Origin: Bacteroidaceae bacterium
Lineage (GTDB): Bacteria; Bacteroidota; Bacteroidia; Bacteroidales; Bacteroidaceae
NCBI GenBank assembly: GCA_017536695.1
Contig: JAFXGX010000041.1
Coordinates: forward strand, 52,006-116,005
Direction: 5' to 3'
DNA length: 64,000 nucleotides
Shown: positions 49,729-58,321 of the stretch, in pieces
How positions within the stretch are numbered: the first letter of the stretch is position 1
How the letters are laid out: each line of letters starts with the position of its first letter
Position numbers and translations under genes: made by a program
The notes under the pieces: generated by a model
Databases searched by the model: none
What the model saw: only the letters and a program-made list of their open reading frames with translations
Told to the model about the DNA's origin: nothing

Positions 49729-50674
49729 TTTTCTTACTGTTTTCCACCAATTTCTTACGGTCCTCGACACGCTTTGCCTCACGCCTTGCATAACCCTCAC
49801 GCGTACGTTTCCAGCGATTATGCGTCCACAGCCACAGCTCCGGCACTTCACGGATATTCTCGGACAGGAGTCTGTAGTACATATTCGTAGCCTCAAACTC
49901 AGGCAACAATGCAGCATCATCGGCCATTTTATCTATCCTCAACACATAATGTCCTCTCTTCTCACGGTGCACGTGAGCATAGAAGAGAGCGGCATGCGTG
50001 CGCTGGGCAATCTTCTCGGTACCGGTAAATACCGGAGTATCTCGATGGAAGAAATCCAGCCAATGGTTTATTGATTCCCATGTAGGAACCTGGTCTGCGA
50101 TAAAGCCTATCACATACTTCTTGCCCTCCTTGCTTATCTGCATGATGCGCCTTAGGGTATTCGCCATTGTTATGGCCTCGGTTCCGAACTGCGCACGCAT
50201 ATTCTTTACAAGCGCATCGAAACGTCTGTTCTCAAGAGGATGATATATGGCACCCACAGCCGTATCCTCCCTGTTGAAGTGGAGTGTTATTGAGGTCACA
50301 TACTCCCAATTGAATATATGTCCCATATAAAGCACACAGGAGTGCCCGGCATCCACCGCCTCATGGAATTTCTCAAGTCCCTCGAATCTCATGTAGCGCT
50401 TTACCTTCTCCTCGCTCATACCGTAGTACTTTATCATCTCCATGAAATAATCGCACAGGTTACGGTAGAATTTCTTTTCAATGGCAATTATCTCCTTCAA
50501 ATCCTTCTCGGGAAAAGATTTCACAAGATTATCGCGCACCACCTTTCTGCGGTAGCGTACAATGTAGTACATAGGATAATAGAGGAGAGTCGAAAAGAAG
50601 TGCAGCACACACAACGGCAGTTTGTTTAGGACAAACAGGAGTGCAACAGCAATATGATACAGGACTGTTTTCAT
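49721..50674 (-). CDS. Lipid A secondary acyltransferase family (LpxL/LpxM/HtrB-like)
   Basis: Start at MKTVLYHIAV; the longer ORF would overlap the tRNA. HX4E motif (MGHIFNWE), N-terminal TM anchor, FIADQ block. Confidence 0.8.
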   Translation of the reverse strand: MKTVLYHIAVALLFVLNKLPLCVLHFFSTLLYYPMYYIVRYRRKVVRDNLVKSFPEKDLKEIIAIEKKFYRNLCDYFMEMIKYYGMSEEKVKRYMRFEGLEKFHEAVDAGHSCVLYMGHIFNWEYVTSITLHFNREDTAVGAIYHPLENRRFDALVKNMRAQFGTEAITMANTLRRIMQISKEGKKYVIGFIADQVPTWESINHWLDFFHRDTPVFTGTEKIAQRTHAALFYAHVHREKRGHYVLRIDKMADDAALLPEFEATNMYYRLLSENIREVPELWLWTHNRWKRTREGYARREAKRVEDRKKLVENSKKNV

Positions 50675-50706
50675 AGGAAAGAATCTCTGTGCCCAAAGGC
50701 AGTATG

Positions 50707-50780
50707 TGATCCCGGTGGGATTCAAACCCACGACCTTCAGAACCGGAATCTGACGCTCTATTCAGCTAAGCTACGGGACC
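50707..50780 (-). tRNA. tRNA-Arg (anticodon CCG)
   Basis: Folded by hand into a cloverleaf: GGTCCCG TA GCTT AGCTGAATA GAGC G TCAGA TTCCGGT TCTGA AGGTC GTGGG TTTGAAT CCCAC CGGGATC A. 74 nt, 7-bp acceptor stem with one G-U pair, CCA not encoded. Confidence 0.9.
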
Positions 50781-50799
50781 ATATTTACTATAACCGACG

Positions 50800-50807
50800 C
50801 GAAGATA
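50800..50807 (-). promoter_or_regulatory. -7 box variant TAtcTTCG (minus strand) for tRNA-Arg (and possibly the downstream lpxL-like/GT10 genes)
   Basis: Plus strand reads cgaagata, 20 nt upstream of the tRNA 5' end. Confidence 0.5.
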
Positions 50808-50964
50808 CTAAAAAATGCCGATATACGACTATCTGTAATGCCAAAATGTTCACATACACGAGAGATGCCGCTAAAATGGAACAGAAATCATGAATATAAA
50901 GATATTTTTGCCAAAAGCGCCTCAAAGAAGGCTTCTTTCATTTGCATATTGTATTTTATTATCC

Positions 50965-50972
50965 TACATTTG
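50965..50972 (+). promoter_or_regulatory. -7 box TAcaTTTG for asnA-ung
   Basis: tacatttg lies 92 nt upstream of the ATG at 51064 and overlaps a 21-bp palindrome (50968-50988). Confidence 0.4.
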
Positions 50973-51063
50973 CATGAATTATGCAAATATTCATTGAAAA
51001 ATAAAAAACTTTTTGCAATTTCAAAAGAAACAATAACGACAAATTGTCAACAGAACAACAGAT

Positions 51064-52101
51064 ATGAAACTTTTCGAGCTTACATCAGAGTACACTCCAC
51101 TGCTTGACCTCAAGCAGACCGAGCTTGCAATCAAGCAGATAAAAGAGGTCTTTCAGCTGAATCTCTCATCATCATTGCGTCTTAGGCGTGTTACAGCGCC
51201 ATTGTTCGTGCTTCAGGGCACAGGACTCAACGATGACCTCAACGGATATGAGAATGCCGTAAGTTTCCCCATCCAGGACATGAACGGTGCTGTAGCCGAG
51301 GTTGTCCACTCGTTGGCAAAATGGAAGCGCGTGACACTTGCCGAGTACGACATTGCACACGGCTATGGAATATACACCGACATGAACGCCATACGCGCCC
51401 ATGAGGAGCTTGACAACCTGCACTCGCTGTATGTCGACCAGTGGGACTGGGAGCGGGTCATTTCGCCACAGGAACGCACCATTGAATTCCTGAAGATAAT
51501 AGTAAACGAGATATATTCCGCCATTCTGCACACCGAGTTCACGCTCAGCGAGAACTACCCGCAACTGAAGCCCTCTCTCCCGGCCAAGGTAACATTCATC
51601 CACAGCGAGGAACTGCGCCTCAAATACCCCGAACTTACAGCCAAGGAACGCGAGGAGAGGTTTACCAAGGAGCATGGCGCAGTGTTCATCATCGGCATTG
51701 GCGAAAAACTCGGCGACGGCATTCCGCACGACAACCGTGCGCCCGACTACGATGACTACAGCACACCCAACGAGGACGGGTTCAAAGGCCTGAACGGCGA
51801 CCTGCTCATCTGGTGCGACCTGCTCGGCAAGGCCATAGAGCTCTCATCCATGGGCATTCGCGTAGACAGGGAGGCGCTTATACGCCAACTTCAGGAGTCA
51901 GGAAAAGAGGAGCGCAAGGAACTCTATTTCCACCGCCGATTATTGGCAGGCGAGTTGCCGCTGTGCATTGGAGGCGGTATAGGACAGTCACGTCTCTGTA
52001 TGCTGCTGCTGAAAAAAGCACACATAGGCGAGATACAGTCGAGTATATGGCCCGTAGAGATGCGCGAACAGTGCAGACAGATGAATATACCTATTATATA
52101 A
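51064..52101 (+). CDS. asnA: Aspartate--ammonia ligase
   Basis: 345 aa. LLDLKQTELAIKQIKEVFQLNLSSSLRLRRVTAPLFV is a near-canonical AsnA N-terminus. Confidence 0.92.
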   Translation: MKLFELTSEYTPLLDLKQTELAIKQIKEVFQLNLSSSLRLRRVTAPLFVLQGTGLNDDLNGYENAVSFPIQDMNGAVAEVVHSLAKWKRVTLAEYDIAHGYGIYTDMNAIRAHEELDNLHSLYVDQWDWERVISPQERTIEFLKIIVNEIYSAILHTEFTLSENYPQLKPSLPAKVTFIHSEELRLKYPELTAKEREERFTKEHGAVFIIGIGEKLGDGIPHDNRAPDYDDYSTPNEDGFKGLNGDLLIWCDLLGKAIELSSMGIRVDREALIRQLQESGKEERKELYFHRRLLAGELPLCIGGGIGQSRLCMLLLKKAHIGEIQSSIWPVEMREQCRQMNIPII

Positions 52102-52111
52102 CATAACCGCC

Positions 52112-52777
52112 ATGGATGTAAAGATTGATGCAAGTTGGAAAGAGGTACTGCAGCCCGAGTTCGAGAAGGAGTATTTCACACGCCTCACCTCATTTGTCAA
52201 AGAGGAGTATACCGGCACAACGCCCATATACCCGCCTGCAAGACTCATATTCAACGCATTCGACCACTGTCCGTTCAACGAAGTGAAAGTAGTAATCCTG
52301 GGGCAGGACCCCTACCATGGTGCCGGTCAAGCCAACGGACTATGCTTCTCGGTAAACAAAGGAGTGCCGTTCCCGCCCTCACTGCTCAACATCTTCAAGG
52401 AGATTGAGAGCGATACCGGAACACCGATACCACAGGACGGCGACCTGACACGTTGGAGCGACCAGGGTGTGCTGCTGCTGAATGCCACACTGACCGTACG
52501 TGCATCACAGGCGGGCTCGCACCAGAAACGCGGCTGGGAAGAGTTTACCGATGCCGCAATACGAGAGCTTGCCAACCGCAGAGAAAACATCGTGTTCATC
52601 CTATGGGGCAGCTACGCACAGAAGAAAGGCGCCTTCATCGACCGGAACAGACATCTTGTATTGACATCACCCCACCCTTCACCCCTATCGGCCTATCAGG
52701 GGTTCTTCGGTAACCACCACTTCAGCAAGGCAAACAGCTACCTTGTCGAGCATGGCAAGAGCGCTATAATATGGTAA
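52112..52777 (+). CDS. ung: Uracil-DNA glycosylase (family 1)
   Basis: ILGQDPYHG water-activating loop and a HPSPLSA leucine-loop region. 221 aa. Confidence 0.93.
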   Translation: MDVKIDASWKEVLQPEFEKEYFTRLTSFVKEEYTGTTPIYPPARLIFNAFDHCPFNEVKVVILGQDPYHGAGQANGLCFSVNKGVPFPPSLLNIFKEIESDTGTPIPQDGDLTRWSDQGVLLLNATLTVRASQAGSHQKRGWEEFTDAAIRELANRRENIVFILWGSYAQKKGAFIDRNRHLVLTSPHPSPLSAYQGFFGNHHFSKANSYLVEHGKSAIIW

Positions 52778-52817
52778 AACAAAAACAACAGCATGAGCTG
52801 TTGTTTTTGTTTTACCA
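52772..52817. terminator. Perfect 21-bp-stem hairpin; bidirectional terminator between ung (+) and lptD (-)
   Basis: tggtaaaacaaaaacaacagc atga gctgttgtttttgttttacca. It overlaps the ung stop codon. Confidence 0.8.
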
Positions 52818-52833
52818 TTATCATAATACTTCA

Positions 52834-55569
52834 TCAATACCACTCCACATTGCTTGAGACACCGCTACGCTTGTCCCACTTGAGGGCATCGGCAAGCATC
52901 TGCGACGTCGCACGGAAACTGAAGTTGAATGATGTGTAAGGACTGAGTACAATGCCGCACGACATCTCAAAGCAATGAAGGTCACGCGAGATATGCACCG
53001 TAGTAGTTGTCAGTTTCTTGTATTCAAAGTTATATCCCGATGTGAAGTTTATGCGCCAGTTGTCCGATATACCGATATTTCCCGAAAAATTCATGTTCTG
53101 TGTAAACTTGTACGGGTAACGCATGGTCTTGACATTAATCTTGCCAGCAGTATTCTCGGACATCGTAATACCATATGAAACTGTAAAGTTCCATGGAAAC
53201 TTGAAAGGCATATATCCATCCTCATCAACATCGGCATTCTTGGCCTTATCGGCATTTGCAGACCTGAGCGATGAAGACTTTTTCTTGCCGTCCAGTTTCT
53301 CCTCCTCCGGAATATCCTCCACTACATTCCCCTCTTCTTCATCATCGCCACCCTTAAACCAGTTCTTTATCTTGGTCAAGGTTTTGTTATTGAATGTATA
53401 TGATAGGTTCTGGCTCATTCCCTGGAATCGTCCGAAACGGCCATATGACCACTCGGTCCTGTCACCCACGACCACCTGTCCCCTGTCATTGAAAGTATAG
53501 GCATAGGTTGCCCATGTAGCATTGAAACTGAAAGTATAGTTCTTCGTGAGCTTGAGGCGCAGTCGCGTTGATAGGTTACTCCAAGGTCTGCTCTTTGCAG
53601 CCAGATTATATGAGATTGAAGCACCGAGTTCATCAATGATGCTTATCTTCCTGATTGAGTCGCTTTTGGTACGCCATTTCATCTCGACATTGTTGCTCAC
53701 ACTGAAAGATACACTTCCGGTCTTACCTCTCGAAGGTATACCATAGAGCGAACCCTGATAAGGAGAATACTCCACCGTACGTGCCTCGCCTTTCTCATCG
53801 GTATACACATATGTCTCATAGTAGCCGTAACGCTCGGCACCGAAGTCCGGGGCATAAGAGAACGACACAGAAGGTTTGAACACGTGACGGACAGCCTGCA
53901 CCCTGCTGTTCTTCATGAAACCCGCAGGCTGATAGAAACCATAGAGCGTGGTGTTCGCCGAGAGCGACAGATTATAGTTGTACACACGGTTGAAACCATA
54001 CACGGTATCCCTCGCCACCTTGTTGGCCGCATAGTCCCACTCCTGATTAACCCTCTGGAAGTACCAGCGCTCGGTATAATTGAAACTTGGTGTTATGTTT
54101 ATGAAATCGAACAGCTGGAATGTCGCACTGACAGGTATATTGTGCTTCACACCATTACGCCAGTCCTTGATGATATTGGATTTGAGCACCTTATCTTCTT
54201 TTGTCCTTATGCTGTTGCTCAACTGACCGCTGTATGAGAGCGAGATTTTTTCGTACCAACGCTCCTCGCCCATACGTTTCTTACGTTTGAACGGATACTT
54301 CTTCGACAGCGACACATTCAGGTTGGGCAGCGTCAATGAGAGTGTGGAATCCTGCATGTTCTGCGCAACGTTCATTGTCGCTGACACAGTAAGGCCAATC
54401 CCGGGGAAGCTATGCGAATAGCTGACACTCGACGTTCTCATACTCTGCGAGTTGAGGACGGGATTATAGAGGCTGTTCAAGTTTGAGCGTTCATAGCTTG
54501 ACGTAGCGAAGTTCACACTTGCCGAGAAGTTGCTGTTCGGACGGAACTTCGGGTCCTGACGATGACTCCACTGCAGACGGAAGTTCTTTCCTACGGCATA
54601 ATCGGGCAATCCTTTCTCGCCGTTCTTCGTTACCAGATAGCTGAAGTCGAAACTGCCTGAGAACCTGTAGCGCAAGGCATAGGTGGATGATGCACCCAAG
54701 CCCCATGAGCCTTTAGTGAATATCTCACCTGTGAGGCGAAGGTCTATCTTGTCACTGATGGCAAAATAGTATCCTCCGTCGCGCAGATAGAATCCGCGCT
54801 CAGTCTCATCGCCGAATGTAGGCATGATGATACCCGAAGAGTAGCTGCTTGTGAAAGGGAAATAGCCGAAAGGCAATGCCAATGGCAATGGCACGTCCTC
54901 TACTACAAGATACAACGGACCCGAAACAACATCTTTTTTCGGACGCACCTTCGCACGCGTCAGTTTCACGTAGAAGTGCGGATGCTCGGCATCGCATGTC
55001 GTGTACATGCCATCCTGGGAATAGAATATACCCGCAGAATCCTTCTTTGCCTTACCGCCCATTATAAAACCGTCGCCCTGCTGGGTGTAGACATTGTTAA
55101 TATACCCCTTCTTGCTTTTGAAGTTATACCGAATCTGGTCCGACTCATAGGGGGTTCCACTGTCAGTGAACACCGGCAGACCCACGGACATGCCGGCAGT
55201 ATCGATGCTGCCCGTCGCATGCACCACACTGCTGTCCATGTTCATTTTGATAACATTTGCAGTAAGTTCAATTTTGTCATAACGGACCTTGCCCGCACCA
55301 TAGAGATAGGCATTTCCGTTGCGTGACCACACCATAGAATCGGTACATTCGTAGAAAACCGGAGCATCGATGGCATCCTTCTGTTCCTTCTTGCCCTTGA
55401 GAGAATCGGCTTGCAGGGCTGTGCTGTCGGCCGAGATAATGAGTCGCGGCATGCGACGCCCCGTCAATGGCCCGGCATGCGCATTTGAAGCCGACGGCAA
55501 CGCCAAAGCAACGACCGCCAACAGCAATGTTACGAAATATATCTTGTAAAAATCAAGTCTCATCAGCAA
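52834..55569 (-). CDS. lptD: LptD/OstA-like LPS-assembly outer-membrane protein (Bacteroidota long form)
   Basis: 911 aa. Signal peptide, an OstA-like N-terminal beta-jellyroll region and a long beta-barrel body. The call rests on size, architecture and similarity to Bacteroides LptD as I remember it. Confidence 0.7.
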   Translation of the reverse strand: MLMRLDFYKIYFVTLLLAVVALALPSASNAHAGPLTGRRMPRLIISADSTALQADSLKGKKEQKDAIDAPVFYECTDSMVWSRNGNAYLYGAGKVRYDKIELTANVIKMNMDSSVVHATGSIDTAGMSVGLPVFTDSGTPYESDQIRYNFKSKKGYINNVYTQQGDGFIMGGKAKKDSAGIFYSQDGMYTTCDAEHPHFYVKLTRAKVRPKKDVVSGPLYLVVEDVPLPLALPFGYFPFTSSYSSGIIMPTFGDETERGFYLRDGGYYFAISDKIDLRLTGEIFTKGSWGLGASSTYALRYRFSGSFDFSYLVTKNGEKGLPDYAVGKNFRLQWSHRQDPKFRPNSNFSASVNFATSSYERSNLNSLYNPVLNSQSMRTSSVSYSHSFPGIGLTVSATMNVAQNMQDSTLSLTLPNLNVSLSKKYPFKRKKRMGEERWYEKISLSYSGQLSNSIRTKEDKVLKSNIIKDWRNGVKHNIPVSATFQLFDFINITPSFNYTERWYFQRVNQEWDYAANKVARDTVYGFNRVYNYNLSLSANTTLYGFYQPAGFMKNSRVQAVRHVFKPSVSFSYAPDFGAERYGYYETYVYTDEKGEARTVEYSPYQGSLYGIPSRGKTGSVSFSVSNNVEMKWRTKSDSIRKISIIDELGASISYNLAAKSRPWSNLSTRLRLKLTKNYTFSFNATWATYAYTFNDRGQVVVGDRTEWSYGRFGRFQGMSQNLSYTFNNKTLTKIKNWFKGGDDEEEGNVVEDIPEEEKLDGKKKSSSLRSANADKAKNADVDEDGYMPFKFPWNFTVSYGITMSENTAGKINVKTMRYPYKFTQNMNFSGNIGISDNWRINFTSGYNFEYKKLTTTTVHISRDLHCFEMSCGIVLSPYTSFNFSFRATSQMLADALKWDKRSGVSSNVEWY

Positions 55570-55639
55570 ATGCTTTCAAAAGCAAATGGCAAAATATATA
55601 CAACAAGCGAAGTACACATTGCCTATCCCTGCACGTTCT

Positions 55640-55850
55640 ACAGCGAGTGCAGTATATCTTCGCAGTTTAGTGCAATGATATCGACAAACGAGCGAGAAAC
55701 ATGAAGTTTACTTCAATGTTTTTCACAGCGAGTGCAGTATATCTTCGCAGTTTACTGCAATGATATCGACAAACGAGCGAGAAACACGAAGTTTACTTCA
55801 ATGTTTTTCACAGCGAGTGCAGTATATCTTCGCAGTTTACTGCAAAGATA
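55640..55850. repeat. 85-bp tandem repeat, about 2.4 copies
   Basis: Units start at 55640, 55725 and 55810. Copies 1 and 2 differ at 2 positions. Copy 3 is identical to copy 2 for 36 nt and then diverges. Confidence 0.95.
55843..55850 (-). promoter_or_regulatory. -7 box TAtcTTTG (minus strand); candidate lptD promoter at the distal edge of the tandem repeat
   Basis: Plus strand reads caaagata, 274 nt upstream of the lptD ATG. It is the only consensus box I find in this intergenic region on that strand. Confidence 0.35.
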
Positions 55851-55927
55851 CTAAATTTAAAGTACTATTCTTTAATTTACAGGCAAAATTGCATGCTCAA
55901 CAGCCACATTTATGCAAAAAAGGAAAA

Positions 55928-56467
55928 TCAAAGGAACATTTCAGCCCATTTTTCAACCTTTTTCACAGAATCTTCCGATATCTTCCGCATGCTATCCACT
56001 ACCTGTTCGAATGTCCTGGGCTCGTGCAGAAACTTTGTCTTCGAAAAGAACTTGTCAGCAAAACATATCAGTTGCTCCTCAAGCGTCTCGGGGACAAAAT
56101 CCTTTACCGGGAGATTCCACCCGTTCCGCTCGATAACCTCCTTGGTAAGTCCGGTTCCCGTATGCCTCTCACACACCCTCGCATGGCGCTCAAGGCCAAT
56201 TGAGCGCAACAGTTCGGCACCCAGATAGCCATGACAAAGATACTCCTCTGACCCATAGCAATGTATACGCGGCGCATCGGTAAGAAAGATACCGATGTCA
56301 TGCAGCATCGCAGCCTCATAAATGAAAGCCTCATCAAGTTCAAGTTCGGGATGTTTCCTTGCCAAACCAAGAGCGAAATCCGCAACTGCCCTGGCATGAA
56401 CCATGTAAATATTTTTCAATTCATTTTCACAAGGGTAGTACCTGTCAATTATCTCCTTTACATTCAT
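55928..56467 (-). CDS. HD-domain metal-dependent phosphohydrolase
   Basis: 179 aa. AAMLHDIGIF (HD dyad) and CHGYLGAELL. Confidence 0.75.
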   Translation of the reverse strand: MNVKEIIDRYYPCENELKNIYMVHARAVADFALGLARKHPELELDEAFIYEAAMLHDIGIFLTDAPRIHCYGSEEYLCHGYLGAELLRSIGLERHARVCERHTGTGLTKEVIERNGWNLPVKDFVPETLEEQLICFADKFFSKTKFLHEPRTFEQVVDSMRKISEDSVKKVEKWAEMFL

Positions 56468-56497
56468 CGCGGAAATATTTGTTCATGTTATTTGTAG

Positions 56498-56505
56498 CGA
56501 AGATA
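56498..56505 (-). promoter_or_regulatory. -7 box variant TAtcTTCG (minus strand) for the HD hydrolase gene
   Basis: Plus strand reads cgaagata, 31 nt upstream of the ATG at 56467. Confidence 0.45.
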
Positions 56506-56621
56506 CTATTTTTAAGGTTCTGCGCAAAAGCCCACACCGAAGAAAAACCGCCTTTTGCCTACAAAAAGGACATTTTAACTATAATAAACATAAACAAATA
56601 GTCATTTATAAAACTTTTGTA

Positions 56622-56629
56622 TATTTTTG
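56622..56629 (+). promoter_or_regulatory. -7 box TAttTTTG for the VTC operon
   Basis: tatttttg lies 39 nt upstream of the ATG at 56668. Confidence 0.45.
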
Positions 56630-56632
56630 CAA

Positions 56633-56666
56633 ATAGATATATTTTTAAAATAGATATATTTTTAAA
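56633..56666 (+). repeat. Perfect 17-bp tandem direct repeat (atagatatatttttaaa x2) filling the VTC leader
   Basis: Read directly: 56633-56649 is identical to 56650-56666. It ends 1 nt before the ATG. Confidence 0.95.
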
Positions 56667-56667
56667 A

Positions 56668-57435
56668 ATGACAGAAAGAATTGCCGACAAAGCCCTACAG
56701 CTTCCCCCGATAACACTCGAAGAGATGTCGGGAATCAAGCTCATGAACAGGACCGACACAAAGTTTGTGGCCACCCTTGACCAGCTTGTCGCGTTCCTCA
56801 CAGCCGTCAAAGGAAAGTATTTCATTCAGCAGATTGGCGACAAACGCATCGCCGAGTATCACACCACCTATTTCGACACAGATGACTACGAGATGTACCG
56901 CATGCATCACGCAGGCCGTTGTGTCAGGGAAAAGATAAGGGTGCGCACATATCTTGACAACTATGACACTTTCCTCGAAGTAAAGAACAAGAACAACCAC
57001 GGGCGCACAAAGAAAAAACGCATTATCGTGGGTGGAGTACACACATTGCATTCCGAAAAGGAGAATGTAGTTCCTTTTCTGAGCAAGGTTGCATGGTACA
57101 GGCTCGAAGAGGTCTCGCCGGTCATCGAGAACTGGTTCAACCGCATAACGCTGGTCAACTACGGCAAGACAGAACGTCTTACCATTGACTTTAACCTCAG
57201 ATTCCACCACCTGAAGAGCGATGGGCGACACGAACTGAGGAGAGTGGCTATCATCGAGCTCAAACGTGACGGAAACGTCCCCTCCCCTGCGCTTGACCTG
57301 CTGCGCGAGACACGTATCAAGCGCTCAGGTTTCAGCAAGTACTGCATCGGCAGCGCTCTCACTCACAGTGGGCTGAAGCGCAACAACTTCAAGGAGAGAC
57401 TGATAATGATAAACAAAATGGAAAACAAACGATAA
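56668..57435 (+). CDS. Stand-alone VTC-domain protein (triphosphate-tunnel / polyphosphate-polymerase-like)
   Basis: Start at MTERIADK. MNRTDTKF, YHTTYFDT, REKIRVRTY, FLEVKNK, IIELKRD: the alternating basic/acidic beta-strand pattern of the VTC/CYTH tunnel. No TM segment. Confidence 0.75.
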   Translation: MTERIADKALQLPPITLEEMSGIKLMNRTDTKFVATLDQLVAFLTAVKGKYFIQQIGDKRIAEYHTTYFDTDDYEMYRMHHAGRCVREKIRVRTYLDNYDTFLEVKNKNNHGRTKKKRIIVGGVHTLHSEKENVVPFLSKVAWYRLEEVSPVIENWFNRITLVNYGKTERLTIDFNLRFHHLKSDGRHELRRVAIIELKRDGNVPSPALDLLRETRIKRSGFSKYCIGSALTHSGLKRNNFKERLIMINKMENKR

Positions 57436-57445
57436 AAAAACAATA

Positions 57446-58321
57446 ATGATGAGACTTCTAACTACCCTATTGCTATTCTGCATGTCATTCTCACTGCATG
57501 CACAGGATGTAACCACCGCAAACGAGCAGGCACAAGAAGCCGTTGCGATTGCCGGGAAAGTGAACGACAGCGCTTCGGAAACCACGAACATCTACATTGA
57601 CTATGACGAGGACAACGACTCCGGGTCAAACGAGAAGATGTCGGTTTCCGTAAAGGAGAAACGCCAGAGCGATGCATTCATCGACTTAGTGCATGTAAAG
57701 GAACTGCTGTTGGCATTCCTCATCAACCTTATTGCGATACTCATCATCGTGCGCGGACTCTACTACCCCAAGTGCAAACGTGGCGAGTTCTTTTTTACGT
57801 ACGTTCTCATTGCCATAAGCACCTTCATGCTCATCTACGTGCTCGGCGACGTCAAGCTCAAGGCAGGAATTGCATTGGGACTCTTTGCAATATTCAGCAT
57901 CATACGTTACCGCACCGAGCAGGTTGCAATCAGGGAGATGACCTATCTGTTCATCATCATCGCCTTGAGCGCCATCAACGGACTTACCGTGAGCGAGCTC
58001 AGCATTGGCGAGGTCATCATCATAAACATCCTTTTCATCGCGTCCATCTGGATTTGCGAGAGCAAGCTGCTCATCAGCCACTATTCATACAAGGTCATCA
58101 AGTATGATAACGTGAACCTCATCACTCCCGAGAAGCGCGAGGAGCTGATTGCCGACCTCGAGAAGCGCACCGGTCTCAAGATTGAGAAAGTAGAAGTGGG
58201 CAGCATAGACTTCCTAAAGGATGCGGCTATTGTCAAGATGTATTACAAGAGCAAATCAGCGAACAATTCAGTAGATACAACTTTAAAAGCACCAGTAGAT
58301 GAATACAAACTTAAAGACTAA
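57446..58321 (+). CDS. DUF4956-type multi-pass membrane protein with a signal peptide and an acidic N-terminal extension
   Basis: 291 aa. About 4-5 TM helices (LLAFLINLIAILIIVRGLYYP, FTYVLIAISTFMLIYVL, ALGLFAIFSIIRYRTE ...). From memory, DUF4956 genes usually sit directly downstream of VTC genes. Confidence 0.65.
   Translation: MMRLLTTLLLFCMSFSLHAQDVTTANEQAQEAVAIAGKVNDSASETTNIYIDYDEDNDSGSNEKMSVSVKEKRQSDAFIDLVHVKELLLAFLINLIAILIIVRGLYYPKCKRGEFFFTYVLIAISTFMLIYVLGDVKLKAGIALGLFAIFSIIRYRTEQVAIREMTYLFIIIALSAINGLTVSELSIGEVIIINILFIASIWICESKLLISHYSYKVIKYDNVNLITPEKREELIADLEKRTGLKIEKVEVGSIDFLKDAAIVKMYYKSKSANNSVDTTLKAPVDEYKLKD

Noticed and set aside
50675-50731. N-terminal extension of ORF 49721..50731 (MGLNPTGITYCLWAQRFFP...)
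   Set aside because: The extension is the reverse-strand reading of the tRNA-Arg 3' half. The real start is the ATG at 50674 (MKTVLYHIAV).
50707-50780. tRNA-Arg as an integration hotspot marking a genomic island (GT10 / lpxL-like side)
   Set aside because: There is no integrase, no direct repeat of the tRNA 3' end, and no obvious compositional break visible by eye. The neighbours look like native envelope genes.
55701-55763. 20-codon ORF (MKFTSMFFTASAVYLRSLLQ) spanning the junction of repeat copies 1 and 2
   Set aside because: The ATG is one of the two mismatches between copies (ACG in copy 2), so the ORF is not preserved in the repeat. No ribosome-binding context can be assessed. It is probably coincidental.
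55640-55850. Possible CRISPR array, because of the regular repeats
   Set aside because: The 85-bp units abut directly with no unique spacers. The unit is far longer than a CRISPR repeat, and there are no cas genes in the window.
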